From a bacterium (GTDB lineage Bacteria; Patescibacteriota; Microgenomatia; UBA1406; GWC2-37-13): a DNA stretch of 64,000 nt. The notes beneath the pieces are model-generated. The model searched no databases. It had not been told where the DNA came from and saw only the letters and a list, made by a program, of their open reading frames with translations. Where the stretch lies: NCBI GenBank assembly GCA_021789995.1, contig JAJYIQ010000003.1, positions 7,767-71,766 on the forward strand, read 5' to 3'. Shown piece by piece: positions 17,848-27,760 of the stretch (position 1 is its first letter; every line of letters begins with the position of its first letter). Made by a program: the position numbers and the translations under genes.

Positions 17848-18111
17848 CTACCGTTGAGCTACAGGGGAAATTAAATTTTTAAGGTACTCACGACCACGAT
17901 AACTTTTTAACTGTTTTTCTCTGATTAGCACTTTATTTCTACTGTCATGCTCTTCTTTATAAAACAGTTCCCAAATTCCATCAAACCTATTCGTATAGCA
18001 GCTTTTAAATTCATGTGTATTATATAATTTTATTCGTAAATCTAAATCTTTAGTTTGACCAATATAGATTTTCTTATGCTTCTTGTTGTAAATTGCATAT
18101 ACATAATACAT
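17848..18111 (-). CDS. Small stand-alone GIY-YIG nuclease (87 aa)
   Basis: YYVYAI...IYIGQT.DL..R...YT...W.L.Y.E...RE.QLKS..GR. Stop TAG lies within the tRNA-Asn D-arm. Confidence 0.9.
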   Translation of the reverse strand: MYYVYAIYNKKHKKIYIGQTKDLDLRIKLYNTHEFKSCYTNRFDGIWELFYKEEHDSRNKVLIREKQLKSYRGREYLKNLISPVAQR

Positions 18112-18126
18112 ATCAATTCAATTATA

Positions 18127-18169
18127 CTTCTTGCTCTACCTCCGCCAGCTGGCGGAGAGCTACAGGGGA
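18127..18169 (-). pseudogene. Truncated tRNA-Asn 5' half with a 16-nt palindrome in the D-loop
   Basis: TCCCCTGTAGCTC[TCCGCCAGCTGGCGGA]GGTAGAGCAAGAAG versus intact TCCCCTGTAGCTC[AAC]GGTAGAGCAAGAAG. Confidence 0.85.
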
Positions 18170-18293
18170 ATAGATTTTTAAAGTGCTTGAAAATATAATA
18201 ATTATATCATGATTGTAAGGTTAATCCAGCTTTTATTACGCGCCTCTTTGATTATTTCAGTTATTTTTAAGCAATTTATGCTATTTTTATCTT

Positions 18294-18725
18294 ATGAAAA
18301 AGTTGTTATTGTCATTATTCGTCGTTTTTCTGTTCGTGATTTACAGTCTGTCGAAAAATCAATCATTGAGCCAATCGCCGGCCACCCCGCCGATCGCCTT
18401 TCCCTCACCCACAGCGGATCGAACCAATAATAGTAGCAACGGTAATTATAAAAACGGACAGTATACCGGTGATTCAGTCGATGCCTTCTACGGCAATGTC
18501 CAGGTGCAGACGACTGTCCAAAACGGGAAAATTACCGATGTTCAATTTTTGCAGTATCCCAGCGACCGGATGACATCAAGAATGATCAATATGCAGGCTA
18601 TACCGATGCTGAAGCAGGAAGTGATCCAGGCGCAAAACGCCAATGTCGATATTGTCAGCGGTGCCACCGACACCAGCCAGGCGTTTATACAGTCGTTAAC
18701 CAGTGCCTTAAATCAGGCAAAATAA
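18294..18725 (+). CDS. FMN-binding (flavinylated) exported protein
   Basis: YKNGQYTG...YGNVQV; DIVSGATDTS flavinylation motif. Confidence 0.9.
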   Translation: MKKLLLSLFVVFLFVIYSLSKNQSLSQSPATPPIAFPSPTADRTNNSSNGNYKNGQYTGDSVDAFYGNVQVQTTVQNGKITDVQFLQYPSDRMTSRMINMQAIPMLKQEVIQAQNANVDIVSGATDTSQAFIQSLTSALNQAK

Positions 18726-18737
18726 TTTTTTAAATTA

Positions 18738-19484
18738 ATGAAAGCAACTCGGATATTGATGGATATGCCAATAACGGTAGACATCGTTGATAAAACAGCG
18801 ACAGCCAAAATGACTGATGCTATTTTTAATTATTTTAAATACATTGATGAAAAATTCAGCCCATTTAAACCAACCAGCGAATTGTCGCAAATTAACACCG
18901 GCCGAATTGATAAACATCAGTGGAGCCGGGATATGCAAATGGTTTTCAAATTAAGTCTGCAAACCAAACGGGAAACAAACGGTTATTTTGACATCCGTCA
19001 TAATGACAAATACAATCCGTCGGGTCTGGTCAAAGGTTGGGCGATTTACAACGCCGCCAACCTTTTGAAAAAACAGGGGGTTAAAAATTTTTTTATCGAC
19101 GCCGGCGGCGATATCCAGGTGGCCGGAAAAAATCATGAGGAAAAAAAATGGCGTGTCGGCATCCGCAACCCGTTTAACCGGAACGAAAACATAAAAATTA
19201 TTTTTATCAGTCATGAGGGGGTGGCCACTTCCGGTACCTATATCCGCGGCCAGCACATATATAATCCCCATGAACCGCACAAAAAAATAAACGATATCGT
19301 CAGCCTGACCGTCATCGCACCAAATATATATGAGGCGGACCGCTTTGTCACCGCGGCATTTGCCATGGGAAAAAAGGGAATCGAATTTATAAGTGAACTG
19401 AAAGGATTCGAGGGCTATATGATCGACTGCAAAGGAATAGCCACATTTACCAGTGGATTTAATAAATATGTCAAACCCGATTGA
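18738..19484 (+). CDS. apbE: FAD:protein FMN transferase (ApbE family)
   Basis: SGLVKGWA, DAGGDI, GIRNP, ATSG, HIYNP, EADR. Confidence 0.9.
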   Translation: MKATRILMDMPITVDIVDKTATAKMTDAIFNYFKYIDEKFSPFKPTSELSQINTGRIDKHQWSRDMQMVFKLSLQTKRETNGYFDIRHNDKYNPSGLVKGWAIYNAANLLKKQGVKNFFIDAGGDIQVAGKNHEEKKWRVGIRNPFNRNENIKIIFISHEGVATSGTYIRGQHIYNPHEPHKKINDIVSLTVIAPNIYEADRFVTAAFAMGKKGIEFISELKGFEGYMIDCKGIATFTSGFNKYVKPD

Positions 19485-20955
19485 TAATTTTTTAAACCGG
19501 ATTACGATGTACCGGCTGGTACTTTATTATTTGATAGTCCTCGTTTTGGCGACGGCCGGCTTGAGCTATTTTCACCTGTTGAATTACGACCCGGTAGCCG
19601 TCATTTTGTCGGCCGCTTTCCTGTATTTTTTTAGCGGTTTTGTCAATGATTTTTTCGCCAAAATTTATCGTGTTCCGGCCAATGTCGAATCCGTCTACAT
19701 CACTGCTCTGATTTTGACTTTGATCGTCGCCCCCGCCAAATCGGTCACCGATTTTTTCTTTTTGGGAATCGTAGCCATTATCGCGATGACTTCCAAATAC
19801 ATCCTCAACATTAACGGTAAGCATATTTTTAATCCGGCCGCTATTGCCGTCGTCATCACCGCCTTTTTTTTAAACCGGCCGGCCGACTGGTGGATTGGCA
19901 ATCCGTATATGTTGCCATTTGTCATCGCCGGCGGCCTGTTGGTCGTCCGTAAAATCCGGCGGGAGAATATGGTTTTTGGTTTCCTGATATCGGCTATTTT
20001 CATCATCGTCGGATCATCCTGGATTAATAGCAATAATATCATCACCAGCTTGAGCCAGGTTCTTTTCCATTCCCCCTTATTTTTCTTCGCTTTTGTCATG
20101 TTAACCGAACCGCTGACAACACCGCCGACCGACATGTTGCAAATTATTTATGGGATACTGGTCGGGATTTTGTTTAACCCAAATATTCACCTGGGCAATA
20201 TTTATTCGACTCCGGAATTGGTTCTGGTCGCCGGTAATATTTTTTCCTACCTTGCCAGCCCGAAAGAAAAATTATTGTTACCGCTTAAGGAAAAAGTCAA
20301 AATCGCCAATAAAACTTATGATTTTATTTTCCCGAAAAATAATTTATCGTTTATTCCCGGCCAATACATGGAATGGACGCTCGCACATAACAATGTGGAT
20401 GATCGCGGCAACCGCCGGTATTTTACAATGGCGTCTTCGCCAACGGAAGATAATATCCGCCTTGGCGTCAAGTTTTATGAACCGGCCAGCAGTTACAAAA
20501 AAGCGATGCTGGTAATGGATCAAAACCAGGAAATTATTGCCGGTCAACGCACCGGCGATTTCACTATGCCTTCCGACAGGAATAAAAAACTGGTGTTTAT
20601 GGCCGGCGGCATCGGCGTCACCCCCTTCCGTAGCATGCTGAAATATTTGATCGACACAAACGAACGCCGCGATATCGTCGTTTTTTATTCCGACAAAAAC
20701 GAAACGGAAATCGCCTACAAAGATATTTTTGATGAAGCGCAGCAAAAATTAGGAATAAAAACAGTATACGTCTGCACCGAAAAAACGGGTCGAATAAACG
20801 ATAAAATTATTGTGCAGGAAATACCCGATTTTAAAGACCGTTATTTTTATCTCTCCGGCCCCCACGCGATGGTAGCCGGTTTTGAAACATTACTGAAAAA
20901 CTTAGGGATGGGCACATCTCATATCAAAACCGATTTCTTCCCGGGATATGTATAA
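19468..20955 (+). CDS. RnfD/NqrB-like membrane domain fused to a ferredoxin-NAD(P) reductase-like domain
   Basis: KHIFNPAA, MLTEPLTTP; RRYFTMASSP, AGGIGVTPFRSM, SGP, FFPGY. Confidence 0.85.
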   Translation: MSNPIDNFLNRITMYRLVLYYLIVLVLATAGLSYFHLLNYDPVAVILSAAFLYFFSGFVNDFFAKIYRVPANVESVYITALILTLIVAPAKSVTDFFFLGIVAIIAMTSKYILNINGKHIFNPAAIAVVITAFFLNRPADWWIGNPYMLPFVIAGGLLVVRKIRRENMVFGFLISAIFIIVGSSWINSNNIITSLSQVLFHSPLFFFAFVMLTEPLTTPPTDMLQIIYGILVGILFNPNIHLGNIYSTPELVLVAGNIFSYLASPKEKLLLPLKEKVKIANKTYDFIFPKNNLSFIPGQYMEWTLAHNNVDDRGNRRYFTMASSPTEDNIRLGVKFYEPASSYKKAMLVMDQNQEIIAGQRTGDFTMPSDRNKKLVFMAGGIGVTPFRSMLKYLIDTNERRDIVVFYSDKNETEIAYKDIFDEAQQKLGIKTVYVCTEKTGRINDKIIVQEIPDFKDRYFYLSGPHAMVAGFETLLKNLGMGTSHIKTDFFPGYV

Positions 20956-20956
20956 T

Positions 20957-21190
20957 TTATAGTTTCAGCAACTCCAACGATTTGTAAACAATCAGCGCCG
21001 GCCAGAAAAGCGCTTTCACAATACCAATAACCCACATCGATACGGTCGTGGCGTGCTGCAAAAAATAAAACAGGGCGCCGATGACGCCAATGCCGTATAG
21101 CGCTCCGCCGCCGGCCCCGCCGCCTCTTCCCCTACCGCATTTTCTCCATTCCTTCTTACAACAATCATTATCCTTTTCATCAGTTTTCAT
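20957..21190 (-). CDS. Small Gly-rich membrane protein
   Basis: GGALYGIGVIGALFYF...KALFWPA. Confidence 0.65.
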   Translation of the reverse strand: MKTDEKDNDCCKKEWRKCGRGRGGGAGGGALYGIGVIGALFYFLQHATTVSMWVIGIVKALFWPALIVYKSLELLKL

Positions 21191-21331
21191 GGTGATGAAA
21201 TTTAATAATTAATAACTTATTCTATTTTTTCCCGAGATGCAGTATCTGCCGAACGTATAAATCTTACTGCTTTTTCCTCTTATTAATTATAAGAAGCGGA
21301 GTGCAGCTGAGGCTTATGATAAAATTGAAAA

Positions 21332-21466
21332 ATGATTATGACAGTTGTTGATATCTTACCGGCATATTTCAAGACCAACAATAAAGTGTTAAACGATTTG
21401 GGTATAATTTTGGATGACAGGGAAATCGTCAAAGATTTCCAGCAAATTATTGCTTTCCTTCAGTAA
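21332..21466 (+). CDS. Possible small protein (44 aa)
   Basis: MIMTVVDILPAYFKTNNKVLNDLGIILDDREIVKDFQQIIAFLQ, just downstream of TAAAAT. Confidence 0.3.
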   Translation: MIMTVVDILPAYFKTNNKVLNDLGIILDDREIVKDFQQIIAFLQ

Positions 21467-21499
21467 ATTTTCAGATATTATAATTATTATTTTATGTAA

Positions 21500-22942
21500 A
21501 TGAAAATTGTCAGGCGACTTCCGGTAATATTAACGGGGTTATTGATCGTTGCCTATATCGTCATATTCTCATACGTCTCCATAGTCCGCTATCTCAGTCT
21601 TAATGCTCATTACTATGATCTTGGTATTATGGACCAGGTCGTTTATAATACCGCCAAAGGCAAAATTTTCGAAATGACCAACCCTGAAGGAACGCAGCAG
21701 ATCTCCCGCGCCGCCATTCATTTTGACCCGCTTATCATGGTGCTTGCCCCGCTATATTCGCTGAAACCGACACCAATCATTCTGCTGGTCGCCCAGACGA
21801 TAGTCCTGGCATTAGGGGCGATTGCCGTCTATCTCATTGCCAAAAAAATATTGAAAAACAGTTGGCTGGCGCTGTTATTTGTTTTCCTGTATCTTAACTA
21901 TTACCCGATGCAGCTATCCAATCTCTTCGATTTTCACACCGTCACTTTTGCCACCACCAGTCTCCTTTTCGCATTTTATTTTCTGGCGCTGGAACCATTG
22001 GCAAAAAAGAAGTGGAATTATCTGGTGGGAATCATGTTGATGATCGTTACTCTTTTTACCAAAGAAAATTCGTCCCTGACCCTGATGTTTTTCTCCGGTT
22101 ATCTCTGGCTGACAAAAAAAAATAAATTATACATCATTACTGGTATCGCCTGTGCATTATATTTTCTCATCGTTGTTTTCAAACTGATCCCCTCTTTCAA
22201 TAGTGCCGGCTCGTTTGCCATCAAATATTACGACTTTAATCATCCCCTTAATCTTGCCGGTCAGTTATTTTCCAAAACCAGTTTCCTTTACATCACCAGC
22301 CTGATGACGCCCTTCGGTCTGCTTTCATTAGCTGCCCCATTGCAATTTCTGATCAGTCTGCCTGAGCTGGCCCTGAATCTTTTATCTTCCAACCCCAATT
22401 TGCGCCAGTTCTATTTCCAATACACGGCGATGATAACACCGTTTGTCGTTATTTCCGCCATTTATGGTTATCACCGTCTGGAAAAATTAATTCCCAATTT
22501 TTCCCGGATTACTGTTGGTATCGTCAGTATCCTGCTAATTGTTAATGTCGCCAGCGGTTACCAGTCGGGGCCGGCCAAAACAATACAGTTAAAGGTTAAC
22601 CAGGAGACTTTAGCTGAAGTCGAATATTGGCGAAAATTGCTAAAAAACAACCGTTTTAAAATTTCCGCTACCGGTTCCATCGCACCTTTTTTTACCGAAC
22701 ACGAATACTTCTACGATTTTTTGTTTGATCCCGCCTATGCCGATGTGGGAGAAACAACCGCCGATGTCCTGAAAAATAGCGGCAAATATACCGCCGCCGA
22801 CTACGTCATTATTTTGACCAGCGATATCAATCTCCAGGATCCGTTGGTTACCCAATATTATAACAACCTGAAAAATAATCAGAATTTTCAGATGATTTCC
22901 GATAAAAACGGCGTCCAAGTCTATAAGAAAGATGCTGCTTGA
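21500..22942 (+). CDS. DUF2079-like GT-C fold membrane protein
   Basis: YDLGIMDQ, HFDP, FDFH, KE, FQY motifs; multiple TMs. Confidence 0.75.
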   Translation: MKIVRRLPVILTGLLIVAYIVIFSYVSIVRYLSLNAHYYDLGIMDQVVYNTAKGKIFEMTNPEGTQQISRAAIHFDPLIMVLAPLYSLKPTPIILLVAQTIVLALGAIAVYLIAKKILKNSWLALLFVFLYLNYYPMQLSNLFDFHTVTFATTSLLFAFYFLALEPLAKKKWNYLVGIMLMIVTLFTKENSSLTLMFFSGYLWLTKKNKLYIITGIACALYFLIVVFKLIPSFNSAGSFAIKYYDFNHPLNLAGQLFSKTSFLYITSLMTPFGLLSLAAPLQFLISLPELALNLLSSNPNLRQFYFQYTAMITPFVVISAIYGYHRLEKLIPNFSRITVGIVSILLIVNVASGYQSGPAKTIQLKVNQETLAEVEYWRKLLKNNRFKISATGSIAPFFTEHEYFYDFLFDPAYADVGETTADVLKNSGKYTAADYVIILTSDINLQDPLVTQYYNNLKNNQNFQMISDKNGVQVYKKDAA

Positions 22943-22974
22943 TAAACCGGCCGGGGTAATACCCCAAGACATAG

Positions 22975-23439
22975 TTATCTTGAAGTATTACCGGTCGGTG
23001 TGCCCGAGGGATTACGCTGTAACGGGTTGATCTGAATATTTTTGGCCGTGACACTGCCGTCGGAATTAGCTTGACCAATTACAAGGACGTTGTCCCCCAC
23101 TTTCAAATCAGTTCTGGAAGCAGACGTCGTCTGTTCGATACTGGTCGAATCGGATAAGAGAATAATCCTGGTGCTGCCGTTAGCTAACTTAACGGTAATG
23201 GAATTGGCATCCATACTGATGATTTGGCCGACACCACCACCATTGCGGTTACGCGCCTGACCATTTCCATTTCTCACCATTCCTCCCGGCCCGTATTGGC
23301 CATTTCCAAACTGACCGCTACCGTATTGACTGGCAACAGTTGTCTGTTTACTTGATTGGTACTGCATGCCACCGAAAAAACCGGCGCCAAGACCGATAAT
23401 TAAAGCAATTATTCCGATTAAGATTACGTTATTTTTCAT
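22975..23439 (-). CDS. Exported DUF5666-like protein in ABC operon
   Basis: GFFGGMQY anchor; DLKVGDNVLVIGQANSDGSVTA. Confidence 0.65.
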   Translation of the reverse strand: MKNNVILIGIIALIIGLGAGFFGGMQYQSSKQTTVASQYGSGQFGNGQYGPGGMVRNGNGQARNRNGGGVGQIISMDANSITVKLANGSTRIILLSDSTSIEQTTSASRTDLKVGDNVLVIGQANSDGSVTAKNIQINPLQRNPSGTPTGNTSR

Positions 23440-23495
23440 CTCTTTTCACCCCCGATCTGAATCATAAATAATTAATAACAAAACGGTTTTGGATT

Positions 23496-24719
23496 TTATT
23501 CATAACGAAGAGCTTCAATCGGCTGTAAGTTAGACGCTCTTTGTGCCGGATACCAGCCGAAAATGATTCCAATGCCGCCGGAAACAACAAATGCCAATAA
23601 AATCGCCTTCAGAGAAATAATGAACGGAAAACTGGTTAGTTTGGAAATGACGAAAGAAGCGGCAATTCCCAATATAGCACCAATTACTCCGCCGGTAAAA
23701 GTGAGAATGATTGATTCTGTCAGAAATTGGGTGGTGATCGTTTTTTTCTTCGCCCCGAGAGCTTTGCGCAAACCGATTTCCCGGGTCCGCTCGGTTACCG
23801 TCACCAGCATAATATTCATAATGCCGATGCCGCCGACCAGCAAGGATATGGCGGCGATGCCAGCAAGTAGCGAAGTAAACATGCCGGTCGTCGATGAAGC
23901 CATATTCAAAATATCCTGCTGCGACATGATGGAAAAATCCGCCTGTGTCGGATCCTTCAAATTATGACGGGCCAACAGCAAATAGCCGACCTGATCCTGG
24001 GCATCAACCATTACATCGGCCGACTTGGCCTCCAGGGCAATCGAGCTTAAATAGTTTTGGCCGAAAAGCACTTTCTGTGCTGTCGTCAGCGGCACATAAA
24101 TAATATCGTCCTGGTTCATGAAACCGCTGCCACCTTTACTGGCGGTGACGCCGGTAACTATAAGAGTCTGGCCGTTGATTCGCAATGTTTTACCGAGAAC
24201 ATCCGCTCCGTCACCATATAAATCGGTAACGACTTGTGGCCCGATAACAGCAACTTTCGCCATTTCGTCAACATCCCGCTGGGTAATGAAATTACCGGAA
24301 TCGACCGTCACCTTATGAACAATGGCATAATCGGGCGTAACGCCCACCACTTGGGTATTGGTATTACTGCCGCCGGTCGTCACCTGTGTCCGGCGGGACA
24401 CTTCCGGCGATACGCGGCTAACCGTCGTCACCTGACTGGAACTCATGATTGCTTTAGCATCATCAAGAGTGAGAGTGGTTCGGCCGCCGGCCGCTCCCCG
24501 GACACCGTTCTCGCTGGTCGATCCCGGCTCAACCGTCAATAAGTTGGCACCTAACGATTCAATTTGTGAAGAAACAGATTGCTGGGTCGCCTGGCCTAAA
24601 GATACCAAAGCAATAACGCTGCCGATCCCGATAACAATTCCCAAAATCGCCAAAAATGTCCGGGTTTTATTAAGAGTCAGCGTTCCTAAACTTTCCCAAA
24701 ATAGTTGAATATAGTCCAT
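23496..24719 (-). CDS. MacB/FtsX-like ABC permease
   Basis: LGIVIGI; ISLLVGGIGIMNIMLVTVTERTREIG; PIEALRYE. Confidence 0.95.
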   Translation of the reverse strand: MDYIQLFWESLGTLTLNKTRTFLAILGIVIGIGSVIALVSLGQATQQSVSSQIESLGANLLTVEPGSTSENGVRGAAGGRTTLTLDDAKAIMSSSQVTTVSRVSPEVSRRTQVTTGGSNTNTQVVGVTPDYAIVHKVTVDSGNFITQRDVDEMAKVAVIGPQVVTDLYGDGADVLGKTLRINGQTLIVTGVTASKGGSGFMNQDDIIYVPLTTAQKVLFGQNYLSSIALEAKSADVMVDAQDQVGYLLLARHNLKDPTQADFSIMSQQDILNMASSTTGMFTSLLAGIAAISLLVGGIGIMNIMLVTVTERTREIGLRKALGAKKKTITTQFLTESIILTFTGGVIGAILGIAASFVISKLTSFPFIISLKAILLAFVVSGGIGIIFGWYPAQRASNLQPIEALRYE

Positions 24720-24722
24720 AGG

Positions 24723-25448
24723 TTAGGAAACAAATCGGCGCGCCTTCCGCTGTTTATGGCTGTTACCATCCTTTTGGATTTTGCCGTCGCGGATATACAT
24801 TATTCTTTTGGCGTGTTCGGCAATATCCGGTTCATGGGTAATCATCACAATCGTATGCCCTTCACCGTTGAGATGTTGGAAAATGGCCATCACTTCTTCC
24901 GCTTGAATCGTTGCAATATTGCCGGTCGGCTCATCCGCCAATAGAATTGACGGGTTCATTACCAAGGCCCGTGCGATCGCGACACGCTGTTGCTGACCGC
25001 CGGACAACTGGTTTGAAGTATGTCCCATCCTGTCACCGAGACCAACCATTTTCAGATATTTTTCCGCCTTGACAGTTCGATCTTCCAACGAAACACCGGC
25101 ATACATCATCGGCAACATGACGTTTTTTAATGCTGTTGTCCGCGGCAATAAATTATATGCCTGGAAAACAAAACCAATTTTCCGGTTACGTATATCCGCC
25201 AGTTCGTCATCATTCAATTTCCCTACATTCTCACCGTCAAGAATATAGGTGCCAGTAGTCGGCAAATCTAGCGCCCCCAAAATATGCATGAGAGTTGACT
25301 TGCCACTGCCGGATGGTCCCATGATCGCCACAAATTCCCCTTTATCGATCTGGAAAGAAATATCCGACAAGGCTGTTGTTTCCACCGCCTCGGTTTTATA
25401 AATTTTCGATAAATGATCGACTTGGATAATGGCATTATTGTTTTTCAT
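24723..25448 (-). CDS. MacB/LolD-like ABC ATP-binding protein
   Basis: GPSGSGKST, LSGGQQQR, LADEPTG. Confidence 0.95.
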   Translation of the reverse strand: MKNNNAIIQVDHLSKIYKTEAVETTALSDISFQIDKGEFVAIMGPSGSGKSTLMHILGALDLPTTGTYILDGENVGKLNDDELADIRNRKIGFVFQAYNLLPRTTALKNVMLPMMYAGVSLEDRTVKAEKYLKMVGLGDRMGHTSNQLSGGQQQRVAIARALVMNPSILLADEPTGNIATIQAEEVMAIFQHLNGEGHTIVMITHEPDIAEHAKRIMYIRDGKIQKDGNSHKQRKARRFVS

Positions 25449-25457
25449 AAGGTCAAA

Positions 25458-26720
25458 TTAACCACCGCGGCCAATCCGCATAATTCTCCCACCGCCGAAG
25501 ACAGATGTCCGTTGGCTGTTTTGATTGGTTGTACCGGATGAAATCACGCCGGTAACTACCGTATCACCTTCTTTTAATCCGGAAGTGATTTCTGTCTGGG
25601 AAGTGGACGATAGTCCGATAGAAACAGGTACGTTGGTCGGTTGGCCGTTTTTTAAAACCCGGACATAAGACGAACCGTTTTGCGTCTGGATCGCCGCCGA
25701 CGGCACAAGCAGGACGTCATTTTTTGTCGCCGTAATAATATTGGCAGTTGCTGCCATATTGGGCAAAATCGCCTCATCGTCCGTATCCAATTTAATAACG
25801 GCCGGATAATTCGTTACACCACTTACGACAACACCAGCCGTATCAATGCTGATTACTTTTCCGGTAAAGGTTCTGTCGGAAAAAGCGTCAAAAGTGATAG
25901 TTGCTTTATCGCCCAGTTTGATTTTGGGGATATCGATTTCCGTGAGATTGACCGAAACCATCGGCAGGGCTTTCGTCTTGATGCTGGCGATTTTCGTCGC
26001 GCTTTGTGCCGTATTATTGCTGTTGGCGGACGCGGTAATGACCGAACCGACCTGCAAAGAAAAACCATTGACCGTGCCGGAAATCGGGGCGTAAATTGTC
26101 GGCGAAGTCTGCTGATAGGAAGACCAGGCGGCACTTAACGCCGTTTGTGCCTGATTGACGACATTTTGTTGATTTTTATATTTGGCTTCTGCAGCCAACC
26201 AGTCATCATCAGCCGTCGTGAATTCCGGTAGCGTTCGGTTTGTCGTATTAGGCGTACCATCACCGTTTTGGTATTTACCGTCAGTAGCCAAATTAAAAAA
26301 TGTATTCCATTTACTAAACATATCCGATTGCGTCGTATACATCGCCGCCTGAGCGGCAGCCAGAGTATTTTGGGCACTCTGGTAACTGGACAAGGCTTGC
26401 TGGGCGTTTTGCTGACCCTGTAAATCAAGATCGATATCGGCGAGCTTATCGCCCGATTTTACTTCATCGCCGTCTTTAACGTAGAGTTTGGAAACGACAC
26501 CCGTGGCCAAAGTGGAAACCGTCCCGTTATTAGCGGTCGATACCTGGCCAGAACCGGTAACCGTCACTACTAAAGTCCCTTTTTCCACGGTCGCCGTCTT
26601 GTAAGAAACAGCATTATTTTTCGCGCCTAAGATTCGGGAATATCCCAACCATGCTAAAATAATAATCCCTGTCGCCAAAATAATTTTGGCTTTGAGAGAA
26701 AGCTGTTTAATATATTTCAT
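25458..26720 (-). CDS. MacA-like membrane-fusion adaptor
   Basis: Lipoyl-like halves, IYAPISG, EITSGLKEGD. Confidence 0.85.
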   Translation of the reverse strand: MKYIKQLSLKAKIILATGIIILAWLGYSRILGAKNNAVSYKTATVEKGTLVVTVTGSGQVSTANNGTVSTLATGVVSKLYVKDGDEVKSGDKLADIDLDLQGQQNAQQALSSYQSAQNTLAAAQAAMYTTQSDMFSKWNTFFNLATDGKYQNGDGTPNTTNRTLPEFTTADDDWLAAEAKYKNQQNVVNQAQTALSAAWSSYQQTSPTIYAPISGTVNGFSLQVGSVITASANSNNTAQSATKIASIKTKALPMVSVNLTEIDIPKIKLGDKATITFDAFSDRTFTGKVISIDTAGVVVSGVTNYPAVIKLDTDDEAILPNMAATANIITATKNDVLLVPSAAIQTQNGSSYVRVLKNGQPTNVPVSIGLSSTSQTEITSGLKEGDTVVTGVISSGTTNQNSQRTSVFGGGRIMRIGRGG

Positions 26721-26752
26721 TAAAACGAATTGTAATAAATAACGGCTGAAAA

Positions 26753-27757
26753 TCAGCTGAACGGTTTAGCCGGTAACTTAATGATAAAAGTCGTTCCTTT
26801 TTTCAATCGACTCTCAACATTTATCATACCATGATGCATGTCAACAATTTTCTTGGCAATTGACAATCCTAATCCGTATCCGCCGGATTTGGGTCTTGAG
26901 CGAGCCGTGTCCGCCCGGTAAAAACGGTCGAAAATATGGGGCAGATCTTTTTCGGCAATGCCGATTCCCTTATCACTGACAGTGATTGTTACCGATCCGT
27001 CGTTTTTTACCGATTTGACAACCACTGTTGTCGGTGGCGGGCTGTATTTTATGGCATTATCTAATAAAATTACAAGCAAATCAACCAGCCCGTATTTATT
27101 GCCATAGACTTTTTCGTCTTTGATCTGACTTTTAATCGTTATTTCTTTCTGTCTGGCCAACGGCTCAACTTTCCGGATAGCTTCCCGGACAATTTTCGAC
27201 AATAACAGCATCTCCAGCATCGTATTGCCGTTCGGTTTGTGGTATTGGGTCAACTGCAGCAATTCGTCGGACAAAAGCTGGAGTTTATTAACCTCGCCGA
27301 CGCTGTCGGTTATCAGTGACCGGGCATCGTCCAGTTTTAAATTCTTATCCCGTAGCGACACTTCCATTGTCGTTTTCAAGGAAGTCAGCGGCGTCCGGAA
27401 TTCATGGGAAGCGTCGCTGATAAAACGGTTTTGCTCATCAAGCATCTCTCTTATTGGCCGCAGGGTTTTGCCGGCTAAAAAATAGCTTAAGCCACCGGCG
27501 ACAACAAGGATCGTTCCGTTAATCACCGCCAGCATTATAATTGCTCTTTGTTTTGTTTCATTGATTAAATCTTGCCAATCATAGTTAATTACCGACGGAA
27601 AAGGAAAACTTCTTTCAAACCGTAATTCCTGCGCCCGGGCAAACCGCTCAGCTTCATTGCTGATTCCCTCATAAATAACACCGCTGAAAGCCACGCTGAT
27701 AAACATAATTATCAGCAAATACCACGCCGTCAATTTTAGCCTCGCCCTGTTAAACAT
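26753..27757 (-). CDS. Sensor histidine kinase
   Basis: SHEFRTPL, LDNAIKYS, DKGIG, GYGLGL. Confidence 0.95.
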   Translation of the reverse strand: MFNRARLKLTAWYLLIIMFISVAFSGVIYEGISNEAERFARAQELRFERSFPFPSVINYDWQDLINETKQRAIIMLAVINGTILVVAGGLSYFLAGKTLRPIREMLDEQNRFISDASHEFRTPLTSLKTTMEVSLRDKNLKLDDARSLITDSVGEVNKLQLLSDELLQLTQYHKPNGNTMLEMLLLSKIVREAIRKVEPLARQKEITIKSQIKDEKVYGNKYGLVDLLVILLDNAIKYSPPPTTVVVKSVKNDGSVTITVSDKGIGIAEKDLPHIFDRFYRADTARSRPKSGGYGLGLSIAKKIVDMHHGMINVESRLKKGTTFIIKLPAKPFS

Positions 27758-27760
27758 AAT

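Larger units (their letters stand above)
17280..17868 (-). tRNA. tRNA-Asn (GTT), split by an intron (exons 17835-17868 and 17280-17317)
   Basis: Spliced sequence TCCCCTG TA GCTC AACGGTA GAGC A AGAAG CT GT|T AA CTTCG AGGTT AGAGG TTCGAAT CCTCT CGGGGGA G; G73 discriminator. Confidence 0.9.
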
